From an uncultured virus (IMG/VR IMGVR_UViG_3300028800_000080) (taxonomy: Duplodnaviria; Heunggongvirae; Uroviricota; Caudoviricetes), in the IMG/VR virus record IMGVR_UViG_3300028800_000080: a stretch of DNA of 64,000 nucleotides. One strand, written 5' to 3'. The notes beneath the pieces were generated by a model that ran no database searches, was not told where the DNA came from, and worked only from the letters and a program-made list of their open reading frames with translations. Made by a program: the position numbers and the translations under genes. Below, one piece after another: positions 54,486 through 64,000 of this stretch (position 1 is its first letter; every line of letters starts with the position of its first letter).

Positions 54486-57038
54486 ATTTTTGCAGCCTGG
54501 CGAGTCGCAGTAGTACTTTCAGCCCGTAACCTCACCGGGCCAGCATTCGGCGCTCTTGTCGCTGATGCAGGCAAGGCCGAGGCAGCTACTGCGCGTCTCA
54601 ACTCGCTGATGCGCAGCCTAGGTGTAGGTGCGGCCATTGGCGCAATTGCGGTAGGCGCTGCGCTGGAATACGGTATCGGAAAGGGCATTCAGAAGGCGTC
54701 TGAGCTTCAGTCAGCGCTGAAGAGCCTCCAGGTCACCACGGGCGTTAGCAATCCTACGTTGGACCGCATTCACGACCTGGCGTTATCCGTAACGGGCGCT
54801 ACGTCTCAGTCTATCCAACAGATTCTGAGTGAGTTTCAATCCGGCGTCCGGGGAGGTTTAACTCCAGGGCAGCTGATGGGCAACAACGGTGCGTTGTTCC
54901 GTAAGATGGCTTACTTCTCGGACGTGCTTTACCGCACACCAGGATTAGGTACGGACCCGAATGAGTCCATGTACGACATCGCCAAAATCTCGCATATGCT
55001 TGGCGCGTATTCGCCTAAAGCTATGGGCGATGTCACAGAAGACATCTACGCTGCGATGCGCACGGGACCGTTCGAGCTGGATAAGATGGTCACGCAGGGC
55101 AAGTACTTCATGTCCCTGTTCCACAATCTAGGCGCGTCCAACAAAGACATTATCGCAATGACGTCCTTCATGGGCCAGCTAGGCTACATGCAGGGTCGTG
55201 GCGGTACGGGTATGCAGGCTATCGCGCTGGGCCTCATCAACGCAGCCCAGATGACGACCTCTCGCCAAGCCAAGCAGAAGAACGCTCTGAAGGACCTGGG
55301 CCTCATCGGTCCGAACGGACAGAGCCTCTACATGAGTCACGAGCGCCAGGCTGATGGTACGTATAAGAACCATTGGGACGTCATGGGCATGATGTCTCAT
55401 CTTGTCTCGTTTGCCAAGTACCATCCGGCAGTAACCTTCGCAGGACTCATCAACAGCGCTCTGGGTCGTATCGCAGTCCCGTTAGTTTCGGCGGCGTCTA
55501 TGGGACAGGCTTACGAGCAGTTTCTAAAAATCTACGCCGAGCAGCAAAAGCTTAAGCGGGAGATGCCCATTGAGAAGGCGCAGCAGGAGCTGGTCTACGG
55601 CACTTTCAAGGGCGCATCAGGGCTGCTTAAGACGAACATTGAGAGCGCAATAGCTGAGATATTCCTGCCTCTCACTAACACGCTGATTCCGTATATCACT
55701 AAGCTAGCGAGCGTGTTCCTGCAAATAGCCATATTTGCTCGTCAACACCCTGCAGCGATGCTCACGGCTACTCTCACCGCAGCGGCTACGGGCCTTGTGC
55801 TGATAGTGGGCGGTGCGGCAGCACTAGCGCGTATGTCGTGGGTCGCTTATGCGGGCCTACGAGCACTTTCCCGGATGGAGGGCGAGCAAACAGTGGCCTC
55901 AGCCGCAGCAGGTGGCGGCGGCTTGTTGGGTAAATTGTTCGGGGGCCTAGCAATTGGCGGCTGGCTTAAGAATGCGTTTTCCGGCGTCGGCAAGTATTTG
56001 TTGGGTGAGGGTTTCGTAGCCAACGCAGGCTTTGGCGGCCACATGATCTACAAAGCAGGCGCGATTGCTGAGGGTCTGGGCGGCAATTTAGAGAGCAACA
56101 TGGCTATTCGCGGCTTCATAATGCGGGTGCTGCCGCTAATTGGCGCAGCCTTCTCTCGGGTAGGGGCCTCGCTCATACCGCTTGTGGGCGAAGTGTTCAT
56201 GTTCATTACCGCTATCCAGTTGCTGAAGGGTCACGCTACGAACGTCGGCTGGGTACTGGGCACTATGGCTCGCTGGATTACGCACTCGTTCTGGCCGGGC
56301 GTTCTCTGGGCGTTCAGCGCAGGCTTTACCAACTCCAAGGGCAGCCTGTCTAAGATGTTTACAGGTAATGTGACCGATTGGTTCCGTGACGCGATAGACG
56401 CTTACGAGGCGGCGTTACATGGCGAGTCCTTGCACCATTACCGCTTAAAGAAGTACGGTCCCCAGGGACGTAAACCCGGCGCGGATGAGCTTACTTTGGC
56501 GATGGAGGGCAAAGGTCCTTGGGCGTTCGACAACCTGGTTCTAAAGCCTCTCGGTGTGAAGCTAGGTCAGTTCGGCAATTTCATGAAGCAGTGCTTCTAC
56601 ACGGCCACTAATTTCGTTGAGCAGCAACTCAGGCGATTTGACTCCTGGAATCGCAGCATCTGGCAGAGCATCATCAACACGATAACGCAGTCCATTTTGA
56701 AAATACCAGCGCTGTTCAGCGCTCTGAGTGCTAATATTGCGGCTAAGATTCACTCTATACCCTTCATCGGGGACAAACTGGTACCTAACGCTCCTAGTGG
56801 AGCAGCGCATCCACACGCCACCGTGCGACGAGTAAGTGCGACGCATCCACACGCCCCCGTGCGCGTAGGCGATATCACTATCCACGTGAATGGCGCAGGG
56901 AACCCGAAGCAGGTGGCTGACGCGGTGATGAATCTGCTGGTGAAACACGGGGGCCTGCAGCAGCGAGCGCAAGGGGGCCAAGCGACCAGCCCGTTCAGCA
57001 TTGAGTCGCAGCTGGGGCTAGTAGGAGTGCCGGGCTAA
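54486..57038 (+). CDS. Tape measure protein (start possibly ATT 54486; first ATG 54609)
   Basis: Long Ala/Gly-rich helical ORF with hydrophobic segments, upstream of the baseplate genes. Confidence 0.85.
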   Translation: MFAAWRVAVVLSARNLTGPAFGALVADAGKAEAATARLNSLMRSLGVGAAIGAIAVGAALEYGIGKGIQKASELQSALKSLQVTTGVSNPTLDRIHDLALSVTGATSQSIQQILSEFQSGVRGGLTPGQLMGNNGALFRKMAYFSDVLYRTPGLGTDPNESMYDIAKISHMLGAYSPKAMGDVTEDIYAAMRTGPFELDKMVTQGKYFMSLFHNLGASNKDIIAMTSFMGQLGYMQGRGGTGMQAIALGLINAAQMTTSRQAKQKNALKDLGLIGPNGQSLYMSHERQADGTYKNHWDVMGMMSHLVSFAKYHPAVTFAGLINSALGRIAVPLVSAASMGQAYEQFLKIYAEQQKLKREMPIEKAQQELVYGTFKGASGLLKTNIESAIAEIFLPLTNTLIPYITKLASVFLQIAIFARQHPAAMLTATLTAAATGLVLIVGGAAALARMSWVAYAGLRALSRMEGEQTVASAAAGGGGLLGKLFGGLAIGGWLKNAFSGVGKYLLGEGFVANAGFGGHMIYKAGAIAEGLGGNLESNMAIRGFIMRVLPLIGAAFSRVGASLIPLVGEVFMFITAIQLLKGHATNVGWVLGTMARWITHSFWPGVLWAFSAGFTNSKGSLSKMFTGNVTDWFRDAIDAYEAALHGESLHHYRLKKYGPQGRKPGADELTLAMEGKGPWAFDNLVLKPLGVKLGQFGNFMKQCFYTATNFVEQQLRRFDSWNRSIWQSIINTITQSILKIPALFSALSANIAAKIHSIPFIGDKLVPNAPSGAAHPHATVRRVSATHPHAPVRVGDITIHVNGAGNPKQVADAVMNLLVKHGGLQQRAQGGQATSPFSIESQLGLVGVPG

Positions 57039-57976
57039 TGCCGGATGATTTAGGCTTCAATATAGGTGGGGTAGACCTTTTCCGGTTTGAAGTGCCGGAG
57101 GAGTTTGACTTCGGTCACGAGTCTGTGTCCGTCACTCACAAGTACATCACGACGGGCGGCACGCCTATCATCCAGATTCAGGACATGGGCTCGTTCCCTC
57201 TGCCAACTGAATGGGAGGGCATACTCTACTACGTAGACGCTATTGACCGAGCACTCCAGTTAGACGCTCTTCAAACGAGTCAGGACCCCAACTACCCCGT
57301 CAAGTGGACTTATGGGCCTCTGCAGTTTGTGGTCTACATCAAGTATTTCAAATTCACCGTACGTACCAATTTTGAGATTCACTACAAAATCTCACTTGAA
57401 GTCATCAGCTCTACTTCGCAAGGAGCAGGGCCGAACGGCGGCGTAACGCAAGGTTTCAGTACTCAGCTCATTGAGAACTGGCATAACGGACAGATGGGTC
57501 TGCAGCAAATGCAGCAGTTTGACGCTAACTTGCCTGAGGATATCATTGTTAATGCGCAGACCGTGGACACGCTCTTAGCAGCAGCGCAGCCCCTTTCAGC
57601 CCAGACGCCGGATACACTCGCAGCCCTTTCGAGCGCCATCACACCCTTGCTCGCAGCCTTCACGGACTACATGACGCCGTTGCAAGATGCTACGACATTG
57701 ACGGCCCTGAATCAATTGCTGTCTACTCAGTCCGCGTACAACGGCTACGCCCTACTCCGGCAGAACGTAAATGAGCTTTACGGATTGGGCCCCGATTACA
57801 TTGCGGTCGCTTACGGTTTCACGGGTAACCTTTTCGCGCTCGCCTCCAGGGTCTACCCCACCCAGGACGTTGCTGCTATGGCTACGAATATAGCTGTGGC
57901 TAACGGTCTGGTGGACTATTGGATTCTTACGCCGACTGATATTGTCCTGCCGCAAGTCTTTCTTCCGGTGACGTAA
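57038..57976 (+). CDS. Tail tube initiator/baseplate protein with C-terminal LysM-like segment
   Basis: FEVPE.F.FG N-terminus; NLFALA..Y.....IAVANGL.D......I.LP. Confidence 0.6.
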   Translation: MPDDLGFNIGGVDLFRFEVPEEFDFGHESVSVTHKYITTGGTPIIQIQDMGSFPLPTEWEGILYYVDAIDRALQLDALQTSQDPNYPVKWTYGPLQFVVYIKYFKFTVRTNFEIHYKISLEVISSTSQGAGPNGGVTQGFSTQLIENWHNGQMGLQQMQQFDANLPEDIIVNAQTVDTLLAAAQPLSAQTPDTLAALSSAITPLLAAFTDYMTPLQDATTLTALNQLLSTQSAYNGYALLRQNVNELYGLGPDYIAVAYGFTGNLFALASRVYPTQDVAAMATNIAVANGLVDYWILTPTDIVLPQVFLPVT

Positions 57977-59031
57977 TGGCTGAATCTGAAATCAACAAGC
58001 CGCTATTTACAGCGGCGTTGAACGGTACTAGTCTGCCCTCGAAGGAGATACGCATTGAACAAAGTACTTACGGACAAGCGGATGTCATCTACTCCACCAT
58101 CGTGTGCTCAAAAGCCACTGAAGATTACGGAGCTGTCTCGCAGTCAGGTAAGTATTTGCCCCTCACGATTCAAGCCGGAATGGTCGGGGGTTCCGTGGAA
58201 CAAGTGCAGTATGCTTATTTGGATGAGATTAACACGGATTATGCGCTGGATGAGATTGAGTTTTCAGCGCGGGGGCTGCTGTCGGTTCTGCTGGATACTA
58301 AGATATCACTGAAGGCGTCCCTCAACGTTGATGTGACGACCGCCATTAGCAACGTCATTACGAACCTTGGCATGCAGGCGAACGTCAACAACGGACAACC
58401 GTCAGGCATTGACGCGGGCAACCTGCTAGTGAATGACTTCTCCACGATGACGAAGAACATTAAGGCGATGGACTACATCAACCTATTAGCCTTTGGCGTG
58501 GGCTGGCGTCCCCGAGTACAAGGCAACGTCATCATCGTTGGACCGCCCCCTTACTCCGCTCCGGTTCTCTCAAAGAGTGTGGCGGAGGGCGGGCTAATCA
58601 AGTGCAACGTCAAGCATAGCGCTCTTCATGCGCACGATATCAGCGTGCGAGTGGTGTCCTACGTCCCTAACCACAAGACGCGAGTGGTGGCTACGGCGGG
58701 TACGACGGGACAAGGGGGGGACACGACGGATGAGCAGTACGTGTTCAGTATCCCCGGCCTGGACCAAAATTCAGCCAACTATCGCGCCACCCAGATTCAG
58801 GCTGAGCTATCGCGCCATGAATTCATCTTGGAGATGGAGTTTGCGCTAGATAGTTACACGCTGCCCTTCCTAGTGAAGAACAGCCCCGAGTTTCAGATTC
58901 AGCTGGAAGATGCTTCGCAGGAATCCCACAATCAACTCTACACTCCGCGCCGGGTGAACTGGTATTGGGACCAGGATAAGGGCGGATACATCAATATCGT
59001 AGCAGTCAATCACGCGGAGCCGCAAGGGTAG
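57976..59031 (+). CDS. Baseplate hub (gpD/gp44-like)
   Basis: Position, size and ARG..SVLLD motif. Confidence 0.6.
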   Translation: MAESEINKPLFTAALNGTSLPSKEIRIEQSTYGQADVIYSTIVCSKATEDYGAVSQSGKYLPLTIQAGMVGGSVEQVQYAYLDEINTDYALDEIEFSARGLLSVLLDTKISLKASLNVDVTTAISNVITNLGMQANVNNGQPSGIDAGNLLVNDFSTMTKNIKAMDYINLLAFGVGWRPRVQGNVIIVGPPPYSAPVLSKSVAEGGLIKCNVKHSALHAHDISVRVVSYVPNHKTRVVATAGTTGQGGDTTDEQYVFSIPGLDQNSANYRATQIQAELSRHEFILEMEFALDSYTLPFLVKNSPEFQIQLEDASQESHNQLYTPRRVNWYWDQDKGGYINIVAVNHAEPQG

Positions 59032-59032
59032 T

Positions 59033-60058
59033 ATGCCGACTACATCTGATTTCTGGGCGATGTCTCGTGCGCAATCCGCCTCGCAACCGCAGCACGTCAA
59101 ACTGACGTTTGGTGAGCTGTCCGCCTACGACCCGGCTACGCATACAGGCAAGTTCAAGCTTGTCATGTTCTCAGACCAGGCCGACCCCACGGGCAACACG
59201 CCGATTGAGACAGGCTTCCTCCAGATAATGACGCCCTACGTGGGCGAGCTAGATTCGCAGGGCAACCCTACTGGCATGCAGTTTGTGCCGAAGCTTGGCG
59301 CTCAGTCACTTGTGCTGTTTGCTGATGAAGCAGGCATGCACGCTATCTGCGGCCTCCTCCTCTATAACGCAGGCGGTGATGCACCTCCGTTCCCGGGTGG
59401 CAAGATTAACGGCTGGAAGGACCCCAATCTAGCGCACGTCACCACTACGGTAGATGGCGCTATACCCGGCGACGGCGCAGGCGCAGCGAGACTGGGCGGT
59501 AACGGCTACACTCAAGTATCTACTCAAGGGGGGCACTCCTCCTACCAAGACGACATAGCTCAGAAGGTCGGCATATTGTCGGCGGCGGGCCATAGCGTTC
59601 TTCTGAATGACGCAGGCCAGATTCTCAGCATTGTGTCGAAGGGCGGCCATACGTTCCATCTGGACGATGCGGGTCAGGTAGTAAGCATCCTCTCGACTGG
59701 CGGCCATCACATCAACATGAACGACGCGACCGGCGTTATGGGGCTATTGCCTGTGGGCGGTCTGACTCCGACGTTGAATCTCGGCTCTATCATTGGCGGT
59801 GGAGCTAGCATGCACCCGGCTATCGGTAAAAATGATATTGACACCTTACTACATGACTCTTCTACGGGCATAGATAAGTTGCGCTCTTTGGACCAGACAG
59901 CGATGGTGAACGCTATTGCTAATGGGTTAGCAGGCTCAGGTTTCCTGGTGGGGGGACCCGCAGCATCGGTGGTTGCAGCAGCTATCAACGGCTTCTTGGG
60001 GTCTTTAACTGCTTCTGTCACACCTAACGGCTCAGCTATGGTGAACCTCCATGAATAG
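59033..60058 (+). CDS. Baseplate central spike (gpV/gp45-like)
   Basis: OB-like N-terminus (YDP..H, P..G.Q) and repeated S.GGH...DD..Q beta repeats. Confidence 0.7.
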   Translation: MPTTSDFWAMSRAQSASQPQHVKLTFGELSAYDPATHTGKFKLVMFSDQADPTGNTPIETGFLQIMTPYVGELDSQGNPTGMQFVPKLGAQSLVLFADEAGMHAICGLLLYNAGGDAPPFPGGKINGWKDPNLAHVTTTVDGAIPGDGAGAARLGGNGYTQVSTQGGHSSYQDDIAQKVGILSAAGHSVLLNDAGQILSIVSKGGHTFHLDDAGQVVSILSTGGHHINMNDATGVMGLLPVGGLTPTLNLGSIIGGGASMHPAIGKNDIDTLLHDSSTGIDKLRSLDQTAMVNAIANGLAGSGFLVGGPAASVVAAAINGFLGSLTASVTPNGSAMVNLHE

Positions 60059-60097
60059 CCAGGTAGCTTACTTACACTTCACGAAGAAGGAACAGTT

Positions 60098-60514
60098 ATG
60101 CCTGATTTTGCGTTAGACTGGGGCGGCGACCTGGATTATAGCGATACGGGCGACTGGTTAACGGTTGACGGCGCAGCCCTGTTTGTCCAGCGCGCAGTGC
60201 GTCGGGCGCTCACGAATAGCTACTCTCCGCCAGGCGTGGACGGCAACGGTGAGATTCCTTCAGATAACGTCTTCATTACGAATTACGGTGGCAACTTGCG
60301 AGCGGCAGTAGATACTAAGAACAGTAAGTTGAACTGGGACAGTATCAAGCAAACATTCATTCGACAGATTCAAGTCGAAGCGGAGGCAGAGCGGTTGCGT
60401 ACCGTGACGGCGGATATTTCAGTTACCGGGTCGGGCAGTTGCGCGACCATCGAAGGCACGATTTCCGTGGGCAAGAATCCTATTGTACCTATTCCTTTGA
60501 TTGAGTTGACTTAG
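60098..60514 (+). CDS. Baseplate wedge gp25/gp46-like protein
   Basis: WGGDL..SDTGD...VDG....QR..RR.LTN ... YGG. Confidence 0.7.
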   Translation: MPDFALDWGGDLDYSDTGDWLTVDGAALFVQRAVRRALTNSYSPPGVDGNGEIPSDNVFITNYGGNLRAAVDTKNSKLNWDSIKQTFIRQIQVEAEAERLRTVTADISVTGSGSCATIEGTISVGKNPIVPIPLIELT

Positions 60515-61650
60515 TGGCTACTATAACGACCTACTCTTGGCAAGACTTTGTAGACGCAATGATTGCGACAGCGTCTACGGCGACCCCGAACCTGACGGAT
60601 TTTACGCCAGGCTCTATTGCTTTGGCGATGTTCATGGCGGTAGCGGGCGTAGCTACCATGTTGCAGAGCATGATTCTAACCGTTCAGAACGGCATGCGGC
60701 TCCAGACGAGTCAAGGCTCGCAGGTAGACTCGTTCCTGGCTGACTGGGGTGCCTCTCGGCAAGACTCACGTGCCGCAACGGGCCAAGTCACGTTAGGTCG
60801 CATTCTTACGGCGGCAACAATCCACATCTCCCCCGGCGCGGTCATTCAGACCAGCGTTGACCGCATCAAGTTCAACATCGTAGCGGACCCTGGCAATATC
60901 ACGGGCAATTGGGATAGCGGTTCTAGTACGTACATCTTCCCCAGCGGTCAAAGCACGTTGAACGTGTTAGTGCAGGCGGTTGTCTCCGGTTCGGGGGGCA
61001 ACATTATTGCGAACACCCTGACCCAGATAGTCAGCGGGTTGGGCGGCGTGAACACCGTTTTTAATGCGCTACCGTTTACGACGGGTCTGGACACCGTTTC
61101 GGATGATTCGGCTAAGGCTGATTTCCAGCAGTCCTACATACCCGCACTCGGTACAGGTAACTACGCAGCCATTGCTCGCGCTGTGAAGGGCGTAGGCGGC
61201 AACCTCACGCACAACGTCATCCCCCAGCAGCATCTCGACGGCTCAGCCTTCGTTTCAGGCTACACGGTAACCGTGGATGACGGCACGGGCGCTATTTCGG
61301 GCGCTACTTTGACGGCGGTAGCTACTGCGCTGGACAGCGTTAGGGCGGCGGGCGATATTCCTGAGGTTCAAGCGCCTAACAATTTGCTTGTCAATGTGCA
61401 AATGCACATGCTTCCCAGCAGCACGTCTGTCGCGTCTGTCGTACAGGCGGCAGTACAGGCGTCTATCAGCGACTACATGAACAACCTCGGCGCAGGAGCG
61501 ACGGTAGTAAGCTTTGCTGACGTGTTAGCGCTGGCTCAGAGCGTGCCAAGTGTGCTGTCCGTGACGGGCCTTCAACTCAACGGCACGGGCGCTGATGTGC
61601 CGGTGACGCCGGTTCAGTTGCCTCGGATAGGAACCGTCACCTTTGTATAG
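60514..61650 (+). CDS. Baseplate J-like protein
   Basis: DFTPGS, ATGQVT, V.A...G..GN and N...FT.G.D..SD. Confidence 0.88.
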   Translation: MATITTYSWQDFVDAMIATASTATPNLTDFTPGSIALAMFMAVAGVATMLQSMILTVQNGMRLQTSQGSQVDSFLADWGASRQDSRAATGQVTLGRILTAATIHISPGAVIQTSVDRIKFNIVADPGNITGNWDSGSSTYIFPSGQSTLNVLVQAVVSGSGGNIIANTLTQIVSGLGGVNTVFNALPFTTGLDTVSDDSAKADFQQSYIPALGTGNYAAIARAVKGVGGNLTHNVIPQQHLDGSAFVSGYTVTVDDGTGAISGATLTAVATALDSVRAAGDIPEVQAPNNLLVNVQMHMLPSSTSVASVVQAAVQASISDYMNNLGAGATVVSFADVLALAQSVPSVLSVTGLQLNGTGADVPVTPVQLPRIGTVTFV

Positions 61651-62320
61651 CCTCGCAGATTTCACGGGGCGGCTGGTCACTCTGTGGACGTCAGTATGGT
61701 CAAGCAGTGATTCGGTCGTGAACGGTGGCGTCATAGGAGCGCTTACCGGCTACGCTACGGTGTTCCCCATGCTCAAGGGCACTCTGGATTCCCTGCAGAC
61801 GCAGGGCCGTGTGATCAGTTCAGTGGACAGCGCTCTTGAGGGCTGGTCTAATGACCTGTTCGGTGAGGGCGTGTTCCCCCGAGGCTTGAACTACGACGCT
61901 GTTCACAACGTCTGGGTCGCCATTGATGACCCGACCTATGCGACGCTCATTAAAAACAACCTCATTCTGCCTCAGAACACGGTTGGGGGCTTACAGGCTC
62001 GAATCACAAACTACCTCACGTACTACTATCAGCAGGACCGCGACAGTATGTCCCTCGACACAGGTGGGGGCCTCGACACAGGTGGGGGCCTCGATGGCGG
62101 CGGCTACAGCGCCGTGCCGACTGTGGAAGTGTTCGACTTGCGAAGCGACCCCACTAAGGCTGCGACACTGGGTATTACCCAGGGGCAATTCTGTGTACTT
62201 TTCCGTTTCGGAGGCTCCACTTTAAGAGTGATTACTGGGTTGACTCCCGAACTAACAGATTTAGTAAATGGCTGGAAGGCACAAGGCAAGACAGTAGTTT
62301 ACGCCGACGACCAAGGATAA
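61643..62320 (+). CDS. Baseplate wedge (gpI-like) protein
   Basis: Follows baseplate J; contains an 18-bp tandem encoding LDTGGG x2 (62053-62088). Confidence 0.55.
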   Translation: MYSLADFTGRLVTLWTSVWSSSDSVVNGGVIGALTGYATVFPMLKGTLDSLQTQGRVISSVDSALEGWSNDLFGEGVFPRGLNYDAVHNVWVAIDDPTYATLIKNNLILPQNTVGGLQARITNYLTYYYQQDRDSMSLDTGGGLDTGGGLDGGGYSAVPTVEVFDLRSDPTKAATLGITQGQFCVLFRFGGSTLRVITGLTPELTDLVNGWKAQGKTVVYADDQG

Positions 62321-62321
62321 A

Positions 62322-64000
62322 ATGCGAAACATATTCAAGACGCTGCTCCTCTCTTTAGCGCTTGTCACGATGGTGACGGGCGTTGACCGCGTACAGTATA
62401 AGACGGCACTACAGCTGCCCAGCAACTGGTTGAATACAGCTGAGGTCAACAAGACCGTCAACCTGGGACAGCTGGTTTGGGACGTAGTGGGGCGCGCCAA
62501 CACCACAGGCTTCCTCTCTAACGTCGGCATCGTGCCTAACGGCTCCAACCTGAACATCAACGTCGGACCCGCAGTGACTAACAGCTATGGGAGCGTTTAC
62601 CAGGTTGCTGCTATTGACACGTCTGCCTTCGGTGACGGCTCGGGCCAGATTGCTGCGAACGCCAACCAAGTCTACCACCAGTACCTGATTAAGTCCACGC
62701 AAGTGCTTGGGCCCCTTACGGCTCCGTCCGGTGGCAACTCGGTCATCGACCTGGTTGAATGTCACGGCACTACGTCGGATACGACCAGCCAGAGCGTGTT
62801 CTTCAGTTCCACCAGCAACATTCGCACGAGCGGCACGGCCAATCGTGACCGAGTAGACGCGGGCAGCTGCCAAGTTAAGGCGGGCACGCCTGCCGGTAGC
62901 CCCACGGTCCCCTCTACGGACAGCGGCTGGTTAGCGGCGGGCATTGTAACGTTGCCTTCGGGCGTGACGTCTATTACGGGCGGCATGATTACCGTCTATG
63001 CGCAGGGTCTTACGATTCCCGCAGGCGCGGCTAGCTCGCTCGCTCAGCCGGGCACGAACGTCACGGGCTGCTTTATTTGCTACGGCACGCTAGGCGTTGC
63101 CAGCACAGGCTTCATTCGTATGGGCAACGCAGACACGACGGGCTATACGAGCCTCGCTACGGGTAATACCTCGACTATTGCGGGCGTCGTTGATAAGTTG
63201 CTGGGCATCGGTGACACCGGTGTTGCAAAGGCGGGCCTCAATACTTCCGGTAGCTTAGGCTTGGCGGGCAGCCTCCAAGCGCTTGGCTCAGTTATCGCTG
63301 GACAAGCGACGGCAGCGACGGTCAGTTTTGGTGACCTCACAGCGTCCCGTTCATCGACCACCGGCGCTTTGGTGCTTGGTGGCTCCTCCTCTAACTGCGT
63401 ATTCGACTATGGCGTAACGGCAAGCGGTGACCTCAGTTCCAACTGTTTGATTCAAGCTACTGGCGTCCAGCAAGTAGCTACCAACGTCACGGGCTGCTTC
63501 TTCTGCTACGGCACGCTCGGTGCTACCTCAGCAGCGGTGCTACGTTTCGGCAATAACCTCACCGGCACGGCGTATACGTCCATCGGCGCTCCAAACAACG
63601 GTTCGGTCGCAGGCGTAACCTCCTCTCTCGTGTCCATAACGAATACGGGCACGAAAGTGGTCAACATTGATGGCACCGGCAACATCGGAACGGCTGGCGG
63701 TGTAACGGCTCTTGGCGCGATTGTGTCGGGTGGAACGGCGAACGCTCCTGCCTTCTCGTCAGGTGACGTGGTTGCTCTGCGCTCCACTACGACTGGCGCA
63801 ATGTGGATTGGCGGCTCCTCGTCTAGCTGCCGCGTTGACTACCAGTTAACCGCAAGTGGCGCGATTGGGCTGAATTGCGGCTTGCAACTTAGCGGTAACG
63901 TCTATGCGGCGGGCGGCGGCGGCAACATCTTCTCGGACCAGACTATCGTAGCAGGCTTCTCCAATGGCAGCCCGCTAACTCTCGTGGGCGGCGACCTCGT
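62322..64000 (+). CDS. Tail fibre, truncated by window end
   Basis: AAGGA RBS; MRNIFKTLLLSLALVTMVTG-VDRVQY..; Gly/Thr/Ser-rich; ~426-bp internal repeat (63057 vs 63483). Absent from the track, consistent with no stop before the end. Confidence 0.8.
   Translation, partial: MRNIFKTLLLSLALVTMVTGVDRVQYKTALQLPSNWLNTAEVNKTVNLGQLVWDVVGRANTTGFLSNVGIVPNGSNLNINVGPAVTNSYGSVYQVAAIDTSAFGDGSGQIAANANQVYHQYLIKSTQVLGPLTAPSGGNSVIDLVECHGTTSDTTSQSVFFSSTSNIRTSGTANRDRVDAGSCQVKAGTPAGSPTVPSTDSGWLAAGIVTLPSGVTSITGGMITVYAQGLTIPAGAASSLAQPGTNVTGCFICYGTLGVASTGFIRMGNADTTGYTSLATGNTSTIAGVVDKLLGIGDTGVAKAGLNTSGSLGLAGSLQALGSVIAGQATAATVSFGDLTASRSSTTGALVLGGSSSNCVFDYGVTASGDLSSNCLIQATGVQQVATNVTGCFFCYGTLGATSAAVLRFGNNLTGTAYTSIGAPNNGSVAGVTSSLVSITNTGTKVVNIDGTGNIGTAGGVTALGAIVSGGTANAPAFSSGDVVALRSTTTGAMWIGGSSSSCRVDYQLTASGAIGLNCGLQLSGNVYAAGGGGNIFSDQTIVAGFSNGSPLTLVGGDL

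Noticed and set aside
1..64000. tRNA, rRNA, reverse transcriptase/DGR, introns/inteins, integrated-prophage boundaries
   Set aside because: No cloverleaf/T-loop pattern, RT motif, intein ends or host genes recognised by eye. tRNAscan-SE and Infernal were not run, so small RNAs could be missed.

Overview
The whole window is part of a tailed dsDNA phage genome with a contractile tail (myovirus-like). From left to right: an array of small genes (1-1.8 kb); a nucleotide-metabolism and replication module (dNMP kinase, thymidylate-synthase-family hydroxymethylase, family A DNA polymerase, NDT-like protein, class II RNR, 5-hmdU-DNA-kinase-type helical protein, primase-helicase; 1.8-12.8 kb); a minus-strand accessory arm (serine recombinase, phosphoesterases, secreted protein, UvrD helicase; 13-22.6 kb); a compositionally extreme ~4 kb island (23.5-27.4 kb); more small plus-strand genes (27.7-37 kb); an amino-acid:DNA-transferase-like gene plus P-loop kinase directly upstream of the terminases; then head, neck, sheath/tube, tape measure, baseplate and tail fibre genes, the last running off the window end. 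The most striking observation is the island. By manual reading its plus strand has no CA dinucleotide for ~3.6 kb and no CA or TA for ~2.7 kb, so the template strand lacks TG/TA. It still holds a complete transcription unit: a sigma70-like promoter, five translationally coupled genes whose proteins contain no His, Gln or Tyr, TGA-only stops, and a terminator. It is flanked by a CA-dense 13-bp tandem array and LexA-like boxes on the left and a ~380-bp imperfect palindrome on the right. Because the phage encodes a DNA pyrimidine hypermodification pathway, my best inference is a sequence-encoded modification-free early island, which is testable by base-modification mapping. All family calls come from motif recognition by eye; no database searches were run.
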